A stretch of DNA of 33,852 nt from Octopus bimaculoides. Taxonomy: Eukaryota. Positions 21,236-32,680 of this stretch are shown here, one piece after another. The DNA is taken from positions 115,245,804-115,279,655 of the forward strand of contig NC_068981.1 in assembly GCF_001194135.2 (NCBI RefSeq), in the 5' to 3' direction. Position numbers and translations under genes: made by a program. The notes beneath the pieces were generated by a model. That model was not told where the DNA came from, did not search any database, and saw only the letters and a program-made list of their open reading frames with translations. How positions within the stretch are numbered: the first letter of the stretch is position 1; each line of letters starts with the position of its first letter.

Positions 21236-22224
21236 ATATAGAAAATATTTATAGCTGTGGTTTCTAAACGTTGACCGCAACTTGTATCCACCGACTTGTA
21301 CTGTGGATTTTTTAAACATTAATATATGGCTTCAGAAATTCCATACCAAGGCGTGAATGATTGGAATAAATTATGTTATTCATAACTTTATTACAAACAT
21401 TTAATAACATATATTCAGCAATATTTTTCTAGTTTTGTTTAAGCTTATATACAAAGTGTACGTCAGAGGTGTATTTTTATTTAATCCCCAGTTCACCAAT
21501 GATTTTTTCTTTAATTTAATCTTTGACATACTTTGAAGTTACAACGGTCGACAACTTCCGTGATAAAACGTGTTTTAAGAGATATTTGGCTACTTCACCT
21601 TTCCTTCAGTTTTCTTGGTTTGGCGAAAACGTCTACATGGTCACTCGACTTACTAATAGCACGTATCTTACGGTGTTGAAGAGGTAAGTAAACACAAAAG
21701 ATTAAACAACAACATTTAGAATTATTGTTATAGTCGCCGGTTGATTTTGACATTTCGTTCATTGAAGAGATGCGATAAAACAGTTACGATTAAGAATCAT
21801 TTTATATGATCTATGAAAAATTGTAATAAAAAAATATAGAATAGAGAAACAAAAATAAAAATAGTGGCGTTATTCTCATACCTCAGTTCATAAAGAAACT
21901 ATTTAGTAAATTTTTCTGGAGTTTCTGAAAGCTTTCATTTCTCGAACGTCCTGTAACGAAAAAAAAAAAAATGTCGTGGAGTCTGAGAGACTTTGCACCA
22001 TTTTTATACACAAGATAAGACCTCGCCGCACTGCAAGTAAATAAATAAATAAAACAAAAGAAAATAAAGATAATGTTACAGCTGAAATGAAAAGAATGCG
22101 TAAGAAAACAACAGGAAGGTAAACGAGAGGTCTTGCTTATATACTTCTGACCAAAGACCACATTTCAAATCAAGTGGCTGTCTAACATTTCCCTTTAGTT
22201 AGATATTAACTTCAAATTTTGGCA

Positions 22225-22417
22225 AAAGACCAGCAGTTTCCGAGAGGGAATGAGTCAGTTACATCGACTCCAATATGCAACTGGTACTTATTTCATCAAT
22301 CTCGAAAGGGTGAAATGCAAAGTTGACTCCGGCGGCATTTGAACTCAGAATGTATAAACAGACGAGATGCTGCTAGGCATGATGCCCGGCGTGCTAACGA
22401 TTCGGCCAACTCGACGC
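22225..22417 (-). mobile_element. tRNA-derived SINE, family 1
   Basis: tacatcgactcc..actggtacttatttcatc..gcaaagttgactccggcggcatttgaactcagaa..gcccggcgtgctaacgattcggccaactcg is the reverse complement of the 9038 copy layout. Confidence 0.82.
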
Positions 22418-23129
22418 ATTCCCTTAGTTAAATATTAAAAAAAAAACACTCATTTCTACGCGCAGCATACATACAAATGCATATATATGCTTGTATACAT
22501 ATACACGCATGCCTGTTTTTATGTATATACGGATGTATATTTCATTTTTAAAAAATTAATTGGTTTAATGGGATAATCCAAATTCCAGCATGGAACTGGA
22601 ATCTGTACTATCTATATTCGCGGATAATCTGAATGTCAAAGCCGATTATAGAATTAATAACTTCCCTTTTGTTTCGTTTCATTCCTCCCTTTACACTATT
22701 AAACTGACACTTTGTTATCATCCACACTCCAGCCGTATGGTTATGTAGCATTTCTTTTGCCATACCTCAAATGCATTTCGTAATAGCAGTGAAGGAACTC
22801 TGGCTTTTTCGGTTAACATCTTAGACTTTTGCTAGCTACTTCCAGTTTTGCTGCACTTTAACCAATTATACTTGCCTCCTACCGATCTTTCATGTTCATC
22901 CATTCCTGCTATACAAGAAGCTGCATTATTGACTCAATACTTCGACACAGGAGTTTTGACTAACTTATTAAATAGCTAACGAATAAACTAATTCTTTACT
23001 TATTACTTATTCATACTAAAATTTTATTTTATTTTCTTTGTCCACTCGTCCCAACGAACTCCATGTATTCTTTTTCCTATTTCATTACATTTTTTACATA
23101 TTCTTATCCTCCCACTGCTCATCTCATTG

Positions 23130-23385
23130 GGTCGAAAATCAATCTTTATGGAGAAATCCTACAAGATCTTGTAATTGTCATTTTCTTTCACAGCCTCTGG
23201 TTCGTGTTCATACCACTTTTTGCTTGTTTTGGAGCCATACACTCGGCTAACAATTCAATGCATTCTTTTGGCTACACAGTCATGTCAGCGTTTATAATCC
23301 TTTTGCACTAGAATACTGCACTCGCCCAAGACATGAGTGATACTTTCGTTTTCTTTCCAGCAGATTCTACATTTGCTGTCTGTTG
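23130..23385 (-). mobile_element. RLE-type (R4/Dong-like) LINE fragment, copy D, with intact CCHC zinc knuckle
   Basis: Not in the ORF track. Minus strand: DSKCRICWKENESITHVLGECSILVQKDYKR*HDCVAKRMH*IVSRVYG..KKWYEHEPEAVKENDNYKIL*DFSIKID (CX2CX8HX4C followed by R*HD). Confidence 0.82.
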
Positions 23386-23397
23386 TTGTTGTTGTTG

Positions 23398-23433
<36 letters not shown>
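23381..23433. repeat. (TTG)n(TTA)n microsatellite
   Basis: Direct reading. Confidence 0.92.
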
Positions 23434-23434
<1 letters not shown>

Positions 23435-23596
23435 CCCATTAAATTACAAGCAATAGCTGCCAAACTAGGATTGAAAGTCAACCGCGACAAATCAAAAATT
23501 ATGCGCGTTAATGAAGAAAACAGTGAACGTATTAAACTAGAAACCGGTGAACTAGAGGATGTAGCCGAGTTTACGTATTTAGGTAGTAAGATAACG
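23435..23596 (+). mobile_element. RTE-clade LINE reverse-transcriptase C-terminal fragment
   Basis: Within ORF 23333-23632: LQAIAAKLGLKVNRDKSKIMRVNEENSERIKLETGELEDVAEFTYLGSKIT (GL.IN..K.K.M...F.YLGS motif of LINE RT domains 6-7). Confidence 0.78.
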
Positions 23597-24192
23597 TTCT
23601 GCAAACCCTGGTATAACAAAATCCCTTTCTAACTGTTGAGGAACTAACAGAGAAGCTTGGATTTGGTCATTCAAGTCAGCGCTAGCAAAAAAAAAAAAAA
23701 AAAAAAAAANNNNNNNNNNNNNNNNNNNNNNNNNNNNNNNNNNNNNNNNNNNNNNNNNNNNNNNNNNNNNNCCAAAAAAAAAGACAATGTTTTCTCTCAA
23801 GACGAAAAGTGTTCTTCCTTCAGGATAATGCTCGGCCACATACAGCGAGGATGACATTCCAAAGGCTGGAGTAGTTTGAATGGGAAACGATGCCCCACCC
23901 ACCATATTCGCCGGACATTGCCCCATCTGATTACCATTTATTTTGCAGTCTTTAAAATTATTTGGACGAAAAAGCATATCAATTCTATTGATGAGGTTAG
24001 AGCAGTACTGGAGGAGTATTTTTCGTCACGGACAAGCGAATTTTTGAAGAAGGGCCTTGCAAGCGTACCAGATAGATGGAAGAGCATTATAGTAAATCAA
24101 GGAGAGTGTATTGTAGATTAAAAAAGAACTTTATCTTAATTTTGAAAAACAAAAAAGTATAAAAAACCGCATTCTTTATGGGTGGCCCAATA
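23597..24192 (+). mobile_element. Internally deleted or gapped DD34D mariner with 3' TIR
   Basis: LQTLV*QNPFLTVEELTEKLGFGHS (HTH region), gap, then FFLQDNARPHTARMTFQRLE*FEWETMPHPPYSPDIAPSDYHLF (34 residues between the D's). Ends ccgcattctttatgggtggcccaa-TA. Confidence 0.88.
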
Positions 24193-24194
24193 TA

Positions 24195-24250
24195 TGCGGT
24201 ACTCCAGTATGGCCGCAGTCAAGTGATTGGAACAAGTAAAAGGATAAGAG
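24195..24250 (+). mobile_element. SINE family 2, 3' tail fragment
   Basis: ctccagtatggccgcagtcaagtgattggaacaagtaaaag matches 19455-19495. Confidence 0.7.
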
Positions 24251-25415
24251 AATATATATATACATATTCACACACATTTATATATACATAATATATGCTT
24301 ATGTTTCTCTCTCCCTCTNNNNNNNNNNTATATATTCAATTAATCACACGCATAAACACAAACTCATATAAAAGCATTGATCTTTAGCATATGAGTCCTT
24401 TTAACTTTCATCTCACATCTTTTGGGAGGTCAACATATGTTAATATTAACGATTTACAAGATATTTGTACAGGCTAACATAAAAAAACCCCAAACATCTG
24501 CATAAATAACTTGTAAACTCTTGATATAAACATATTTCGACTTCCGATGTAATGTGGTACAGCACTGAAATGTCTCGTGTGCTATAAAGTCAATATATCG
24601 AATAAAAAAAAATATTGCTATTTATTTGTAATGTGCTGAGCTCTTTATAAGACATTGAGCATTTGGGATTTAGGATCGAGAATTACACTCACACAAACGT
24701 ACATAGATCACCGCTACTGTCAATTTCAAGCTACCAAGAAACCGTTCTTTTTCCATCTCATCCGACGAGAGTCAAGTGCATTAGATTTCGGGCATGATTT
24801 TCGGAACCTTTGTATAGAAAACAATTTCATTAAACTATTACGTTAAAATTTATTATTTTTTTTTTTAAATCGAAATATGATCAAGAAGAGAATTTCTCTA
24901 GAAAGTTTTTGGAGTTAACTCTATTAGAATATTTGAACATTTTAAACCTAATAAAATAATTGATCATCGGTAAACTTTAAAAAAACCTTAGAGTAAGATG
25001 AAGGAATAAGAAAAGAAGTCGGGAAGAATAAATGGTAGACAAAGAGATATGGAAACAAAGAGACAAGACACAAAAGCAAACTTCTAGAGAAGCGTTCAAT
25101 AGGTTTTCATCTTGGATCTTGCTGTATAAATCTGGGTGAAATCATTGTCGAATTAGCGGTGGATGTGTTGGAAAAAATTAGTTTCTTCTCATGTATAGAG
25201 GGGATATATGTCTCCCATTTGATGCTCAAATAGTATGTGGAAGAAATTAAGATTTCATATTTTATTCTTGTATTTTCATAACGGTTATACGCTTTGACAA
25301 ATTTCTAGCTGATATCTTATGTGTCGGCTTTTTTTCTACAACCAAATGTAGCTTGAGAGTTTCGTTCTTTTGCACCTCTCAGTTTTTATAATACACGTTT
25401 TCCTTTAGAAAACGT

Positions 25416-25577
25416 GTGGTTATAAAAATCTCTTTTATACCTATGCAGCTCTTTAGATTGATGCCATGGTTCCCAAAGATGTGATTGCTGCTTCGTGGTT
25501 ATAAAAATCTCTTTTATACCTATGCAGCTCTTTAGATTGGTGCCATGGTTCGGACCCAAAGATTTGATTGCTGCTTC
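25416..25577. repeat. Tandem duplication, 79-bp + 83-bp units
   Basis: 25416-25494 and 25495-25577 differ by two substitutions and one 4-nt indel. Confidence 0.93.
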
Positions 25578-26112
25578 ATATATATAATAGCATTTGCATT
25601 TCAAGATCTGTTCAGTAGACATGCAGTAATATCATTGCATGAGCACTTTGGTCGAGCATGCCAACTTTATTACGTTTCAACAGCGTTTCATGCATCTTGG
25701 GAATCTAGACGGTTTCACCTTTAAATACACTAATACACTAAGGTCGTAGTTTCCATCGAACCACTCCGTCGAACAAGCTTCCCTTACGAACAGACTTGGA
25801 ATCTTTACTAGGTTCTTAACATGAAAATGATGGGTAGATAACAATGTATGTTTATGCCTGGTCCTCGTTTTGCTTTCTTAGTGGTTTATATAATTTTAAA
25901 TCAAGAGTGATATCCACTAAATTATCTGTTAAATCGTAACTTCAAGCTCGGGACATAAGAATGTTTGGATTTTGTATCTTCTTATTCTGTTTCTGAAAAT
26001 GCAGAGTAAAAGAACTGAGCTCTTCACATTGCCACTTGTTCAAAACATCATGTTTATTGCTTTAAATAATGTTCCGAATAATCGGAGACGCAAGATAACT
26101 GTTACTACTATT

Positions 26113-26117
26113 ACACG

Positions 26118-26183
<66 letters not shown>

Positions 26184-26209
26184 CGCACACACGCACACAC
26201 ACGCACACG

Positions 26210-26249
<40 letters not shown>

Positions 26250-26295
26250 TACAGGTACATACACGCACGCATACATTAACGCATACACACACGCA
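26113..26295. repeat. (CA)n/(CACG)n compound microsatellite
   Basis: Direct reading. Confidence 0.92.
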
Positions 26296-26529
26296 TAGAG
26301 GCCCGAACACACATAAGGCGGAAATGAAAGTACAGCGTATCGGGGCACACGCACAGACAACGCATACATTTTATAAACACAAGTTCTCATAACAAATGGC
26401 TTATATTTATGGACTCCTGATGGAAAGATGATCTGCTGTTGTTATCTGCTATTTCTGAAATGTAAAACGAGATTTATACACGATGTATGAAATGTTAATT
26501 TTATATACTGTGAACGTCTTGTTTTTGTA

Positions 26530-26685
26530 TTGCGTGTGTATAAGTGTGTGTATGTGTAAATGTGTGTGTGTGTGTGTGTGTGAACATATACACCCACTCA
26601 CATGTACATGTACATGTAAGTGTGCGTGCATCTGTTTGTGTTTGTGTGTGTGTGTGTGTGTGTGTGCGCGTGCGTGCGTAAGCGC
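26530..26685. repeat. (GT)n compound microsatellite
   Basis: Direct reading. Confidence 0.85.
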
Positions 26686-27253
26686 TTGTTCTCTGCAGTA
26701 TAGCCAGCACACTATCGATAATATAAAACAAAACCCACCAGAGAAGATAACTTTTCGTGAAACTGTGTCATCTTCGAGATAACATACAACTTAACACAAA
26801 AAACAAATGACAATAAATTGTGAGAGGTATTTTTGTTCTGCCTTTTATTGATAACTTCCTGACCACAGACAACATATTTACTGCCTAAGTGCATGGCAGA
26901 GTTTATTAAAAATGAGTTTCAACAAACTTACGAAGAAATATTAACTCAGTGTAACTGAAACTGTCAGTAAACTCTGCGATAAAGCAATTCTTCATTGATG
27001 AAAAGGTTCAGAATCAGTTGTCATTCTTTCTCGTTTACCCACATATTCACACACGCACCTGCCTGACCCATTTAACTACATGCCTGGCTGGTTTATTTTG
27101 TTTTTTCCTTCTGATTTAGTTTTCAATCAGTAAAATTAGTTTACAATATTTGAACGACGCAGAAAATCGGATGAAATCATTCACCTCTAACCTGGTTTAC
27201 TGAATGTACTAAATCAGCTTTATTTTTTCAATTAAATCATTCCTCATTAAGTA

Positions 27254-27475
27254 CTGTAATCCCTCACCATATCGCGGTTCACCTATCGTGGTTTATTATT
27301 TAAGCTTACGTCGATTCCTCTGGTGTTGTTTTGCATTTATAATAAAATTCATGTATATAAATCATAAAAATAGTAAAAAACAATATACAGTACAGCACTG
27401 TTTCTACTTCGCGGATTTTTACCTAGCACGGGGTTTTTTGGGAACGTAACATCTGCGATAGTCGAAGGATTATTG
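27254..27475. mobile_element. Tigger/pogo-like MITE (about 222 bp) with TA target-site duplication
   Basis: Left TA|CTGTAATCCCTCACCATATCGCGG; right end reverse complement TA|CAATAATCCTTCGACTATCGCAG. Imperfect TIRs resembling Tigger CAGTA.TCCC...TATC.GCG ends, non-coding interior. Confidence 0.75.
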
Positions 27476-27490
27476 TAATCCTATATGTAA

Positions 27491-28805
27491 TATTAGGCTG
27501 TCAGGTAAATTCGTTCGTTTCTTCCCGCCTTATTGAATCTTAACTTTTCATCATCACTTTTAATCAGTCAGTAATATATTCTCCTTCATTGTTCACAACT
27601 TCTTACCAACGTTCGGCAAGCTTGTTAATACTTTAACGGTAGAAATCATCGGATTTTGACTCGAAGGAATCAACGAGTCCCGTTTCCAGCCTCCCCGTCG
27701 GTGTTGAACGAAACGCCTCGTAGACTGTTGGATATCGACCGAAAAAGGTAATAATCTGCAGGTTTTATATCAGGAAGATATGGTGTGTACTGTAGAACTT
27801 CTCAAATAAACTCTTGAATAGCATTTTGAGTCAAATTAGCTACGTGGGGACGAGCATTGTCGTATTGAAGAAGCACGCAGTTCGTGTCGTTGGTCGAGTC
27901 GTTTCAGCTGGATTGCCTCGTCGAGTCTGGTGCATTTGTTGAACATAAAACTCTACATACACCGTGTGGTTGTTTTCAAGCATTTTGTTGTGGATTGACC
28001 AAACGCAGATTATTGTCTTGCTTGGATGGAGCTCTGACTTGGCTTAATGTGTTGCTTGCTTGTCGGGACAATGCCATTCTTTTTTCTTGGCATTGACTTG
28101 AAGATACCATTTTTCATCGCCGGTGACGATGCAGTAAAGAAATCGTTGTTTGTGTCTACGAGTAGCCAGGTATAGAGCGAGCAGACTGGCAGCGATAGAG
28201 GAGCGATGGAGTTTGTCACTTTCATTCAGAGTGTTTGACACCTATGCACCGAGTTTTGTGGTGTTGAAGCATACTGTATCACCGTTTAGAGAGCGTTGGA
28301 CATTACTCATCGAATGATGAGGTGACGGTATCATGAAGGCTTCCCATCTGTAGGGCCAATTCCCAAGTGGATTGGCGCAGATTTTCCTAGATGAGATCAT
28401 TCAATCGGTCCTCATTTAACTGAACAAGTTGGTTGGAATGTGGAGAGTCTGTGAGGTCGAATTTTCCCACTTTGAAACGTGGAAATAATTTCTATGCAGT
28501 TCTTTCAGTAGTAGCATCCTTTCCGTACACAGCATAAAATGTCTCGAACGGCTTTGGCACTTTAAGAAACTTAATTTAAAACAAAGAAAAGCAGGTGTTG
28601 AAATTGTTAATTTTTTTCCACTTGATACTCCATTGGCATACGTCTGAAAAGGGGTAAAATTTATTCAAATTTCAAAACCGGTAAATAAAGTTGTAGAGGA
28701 AGAATAAAAGCACAAAAAACCATGAAACTCTACGACAAAAATATTTTTCGTGTTAATTCAAATAACATTGGAAGGGAACGAACATATTTTTATGACAACC
28801 CAATA
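27491..28805 (-). mobile_element. Full-length (about 1.3 kb) but inactivated DD34D mariner
   Basis: TIRs TATTAGGCTGTCAGGTAAATTCGTTCGTTTC and (reverse complement) TATTGGGTTGTCATAAAAATATGTTCGTTCC. ATG at 28633 (MEYQVEKN*QFQHLLF), IVTGDEKW (ORF 28044-28241), DNARPHVANL..PYLPDIKPADYYLF (34-residue spacing), end NEGEYITD*; multiple stops and frameshifts. Confidence 0.92.
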
Positions 28806-30654
28806 TACTAAGTAACAGTATATAGTGAATAGGATAAATACAATGAATTATTTCATGACATAATTATTTATTTCAGTTTTGGGGGTCACCACCTAAAATC
28901 CTAACCAACGTTGGGAATTCAGACAGTTTTAAAATCACGTAGAGCTTGAGAGGAAAAAAACTGCTAAATTCTCTCAGGTCCAGCCATTTTAATTAGGGAA
29001 ATGCCATAATGGACCATGAATTCCTACATATCTTTACAAAGATGGTATGGTAGCCACTGGAGTATTTTTTTATCTTAAGTCTACTCAATTAGGACTGGAC
29101 TGAAGTTAGACAGCAACAAATATTGAAAGAAACGATGTGCATCAGCAAATACTTCTGACTCCACTCTAACATTCTATCGCCATAATCAAAGAAAATGTCC
29201 ATCAGTGAGATGTTTCCAGAAAGATTGTTTTGTCATGATTTCATTACATTTAAGTACTAAGGTTCATTAACTTCAAGTTGAATATATTCCTACTTGACGT
29301 AAACGTCAAAAATATAAACATTCAGACGTCCCAGTTAACCAAGTTTATATTTATTCCCACGTTGACATTCCTATTATCAGTCCAAACCGAGCGATACGTA
29401 AGTATTCAAGACAACTCAGGGTTCGATTAACTCTTTTGTAACACACAAGAGAAGTTATAGCGTGTTCTCTCAGATAGATATTATTTATCATGAAGGGGGA
29501 ATATTCAGCAGTCAGATTACTATATGCGACGTTGCGATTCGCTAGAATATTACCCACGTGATTAAAAAATCTAACCAATCAAGACCTCACCTACAGCCGG
29601 CTCTAGCAATAATTCCATCTTTTCTTAACCCTAACCCTTTCTCTCTGAGCCCAACCATCAGTATAAATTCGATGCACCTTAGCTACTTAGGCAGAGAAAG
29701 CACTGAGAGACAGCAAAAACAGGGAGTGGGTAGCTGCTGATCCAAGCCGACAGCAGCTAAAAAATGACGAACGACGACAGCAACACCAACACCAACTAAG
29801 CCACAGTTTGACTGCTGCTGCTACAATCACACCAAGAACAATGACATTCAAACTCTCTCGTTGTTTTGACGTTTTTGGTAAGGACAGTATTTTTCTTTGT
29901 TTATGAAAAGAATAAATATTATATTTATCATAAATTTCAACAAATACCGGTGTTCTTCGTATAATCAGTAACCGATACGTATATATGCGGTCAGTCTGAG
30001 TTATTTCTCTTAGCTCATATTTGTTTATGCAAATTACCATGATCATAAATGTGACCTACACTTTGAGTGCGTTTGTATCCCTTGATTGCTGGAGATAGGT
30101 GAAGACAGTTGTCGTGCTGAAGACGCTTATCTCTCCTGACAATGAACCTGTCCTTTTCCTTAATGGCATGTCTTGAAGGGAAAAGACATTCAAACTTCGG
30201 AGAAATCTTGATTCTCGAGATATCTTGGTCTTCCCTCCTCACATTGAGCTGGTCTCAATTGCTATTGTGACACATTTTCTGGGGGAGGAAGAGGTGGAAA
30301 TAATTTTAATAAATCAAGATTTTATATATGGTATTTAGTATGCTTGCATTTGTCTGTTTTGTGCTTACATACATCCGAACATACATTCATATATACATTA
30401 ATACGTACGTGTGAGGTGACCTTCAAATTTTGACCTGTCAGCTTAATTAGACCACGCTGGTGGCAACCTTAACATGTTAGGTCTTATATGTTTATAAAAA
30501 GTCTTCGGCAACGGCTCACATCAATCGACAATTTCTGAGTTCTATTTATTGAATATAAAAATAAAATAAAATAACACATCGCTGGTGGTGGCATCCAAAC
30601 GCTAAAAAGGAAACAAGAACACGAAATCTAAAAAGAAGTCAACTAAAGAGTGGC

Positions 30655-30780
30655 AGAGAAAGAGAGGAAGAGAGGGAGAAAGAGAAGAGAGAGAGAGAAA
30701 AAAAAGAGAGAGACTAGTAGTAATAACAGTAGCAGTAGTAGTTATAGAAGAAGACGAGGAAGGAGGTGGAGGAGTGTTGC
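30655..30780. repeat. GA/AGT/AGC/AGG-rich low-complexity tract
   Basis: Direct reading. Confidence 0.7.
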
Positions 30781-30907
30781 TATGGCCGATACAAACTTGA
30801 TGAACTCATGTGTCAAGTGCGACTATAAATTTTTAAAATCCAGCTGGCCAGAAACTATACAAGAAAGTGATAAGTTTAAGGGTCAGGTCAGAGGGTACCA
30901 AGAATTA

Positions 30908-30928
30908 TGTGTGTGTGTTGTGTGTTTC

Positions 30929-30959
<31 letters not shown>

Positions 30960-30985
30960 TATGTGTGTATACATACACACACACG
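30908..30985. repeat. (GT)n/(CA)n microsatellite
   Basis: Direct reading. Confidence 0.88.
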
Positions 30986-31311
30986 AAGAATTTTCTTAAA
31001 CAAATAATTAGTCAGTCATTAAGCTGGAGTACTGGTGGGCGCTGAAAAGCATATGCAGGAAGTGAGCACTGAAAGGAGGCTCTGTTTTTATAGAATGGTT
31101 GAGAATGCCAGGTGACTGACTGTAAATATAATATAGAATAGTAATTAATGAAAGCACAGCAAAAGGCGGTTGTATTTGGTAAAAAACGAAAATAATATAG
31201 TTTTGAAGGTTACGGTCAGCTGTAGAGATAGAAAGAAAAAAACGCGAGAAGAAATAAGAGAGTAAAATTAGAAAGAGCGAGTGTAAGATAGTTAATTACA
31301 TTGATAGGTTG

Positions 31312-31313
<2 letters not shown>

Positions 31314-31402
<89 letters not shown>
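31314..31402. repeat. Uninterrupted (GA)n, about 44 units
   Basis: Direct reading. Confidence 0.95.
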
Positions 31403-31405
<3 letters not shown>

Positions 31406-31719
31406 TGTTTTGAAAACATCATGGTAGTTCTTTTTTTTATTGCAGCTGGAGTAAACAGCTTATCTGCCATTGGATGTCGCCACCTTAGTGTCAATAGAGA
31501 CTGACCGTGGACGCGGAGGGAGAGGAAGAATAAAGTAATGTGTGTGTATTTCAAATGTTCTTGAAGGCAAATATTTGTTGTGAGCTGGTGTTCAAGCCCA
31601 AGAATGCCATCTCTTCCGATTGAAATAGACTTCAAGTATATTTTACTTTCACCAACACGATTTCGAATCGTGGATCGGAGCCACACATTTTGTGGGAGAG
31701 GGTAGTAAGCTTAATTGTC

Positions 31720-31815
31720 TCTAGTACTCGACTTGTACTTATTTTATTAAACCTGCAGAGGGCTAAAATGACAAAGTCAATTCCTGCAGGATTTGAACTC
31801 AATACTCAGAACACA
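31720..31815 (-). mobile_element. SINE family 1, degraded central fragment
   Basis: ctcgacttgtacttattttatt..acaaagtcaattcctgcaggatttgaactc aligns with 22265-22350. Confidence 0.55.
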
Positions 31816-32500
31816 GCTAAAAATTACCAGTGAGAATTGTTAGCAAGACTGTTTTCAGAAGCTGGAAATATACACAAGAAGTTATGTTAAACAAGCCTGT
31901 TTGAAAATTGCTTCAATCAACAGATTTCTTAGAACACCTAGACACAGCTTCTCAATAAATTCATGAGGTAGCCACTTAAGCCTTGGTTTAGTCACAAGAA
32001 ATAAATGAACTCTTTCACTAAAAAAAGAAAAAAAAAAAAAAAAAANNNNNNNNNNNNNNNNNNNNNNNNNNNNNNNNNNNNNNNNNNNNNNNNNNNNNNN
32101 NNNNNNNNNNNNNNNNNNNNNNNNNNNNNNNNNNNNNNNNNNNNNNNNNNNNNNNNNNNNNNNNNNNNNNNNNNNNNNNNNNNNNNNNNNNNNNNNNNNN
32201 NNNNNNNNNNNNNNNNNNNNNNNNNNNNNNNNNNNNNNNNNNNNNNNNNNNNNNNNNNNNNNNNNNNNNNNNNNNNNNNNNNNNNNNNNNNNNNNNNNNN
32301 NNNNNNNNNNNNNNNNNNNNNNNNNNNNNNNNNNNNNNNNNNNNNNNNNNNNNNNNNNNNNNNNNNNNNNNNNNNNNNNNNNNNNNNNNNNNNNNNNNNN
32401 NNNNNNNNNNNNNNNNNNNNNNNNNNNNNNNNNNNNNNNNNNNNNNNNNNNNNNNNNNNNNNNNNNNNNNNNNNNNNNNAAGCAGCAGAAATATAACAAA

Positions 32501-32546
32501 AAAACCGTTACTCTGAGTTTCACGTTCCCGTTCATCGGACAGTTTT
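32501..32546 (-). ncRNA. Minimal type I hammerhead-ribozyme-like motif with GUA cleavage triplet and U4C core variant
   Basis: Minus strand AAAACTGT CCGATGA ACG-GGAA-CGT GAA ACTC-A-GAGT A ACGGTTTT: helix I 8 bp (one G-U), helix II 3 bp with GNRA loop, helix III 4 bp with 1-nt loop; predicted cut between 32509 and 32508. Folded by hand. Confidence 0.62.
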
Positions 32547-32564
32547 GTTAGAAATGGAGGAAGG

Positions 32565-32628
32565 ATATATATATATGCATAAATAAATAGATAGATAAAC
32601 AGACATACAAATAGTTAGATAGATAGAT

Positions 32629-32667
<39 letters not shown>

Positions 32668-32680
32668 AAGAGAGGGATGC
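32565..32680. repeat. (TA)n/(GATA)n/(GA)n compound microsatellite
   Basis: Direct reading. Confidence 0.88.

Noticed and set aside
30015-30280. Strong minus-strand splice acceptor near 30279 followed by a 75-aa ORF
   Set aside because: All three frames after the acceptor hit stops, no donor identified, no domain.
30650-31045. 131-aa ORF containing MADTNLMNSCVKCDYKF
   Set aside because: Flanked by and partly made of GA and GT repeats, no recognisable domain, no splice context.
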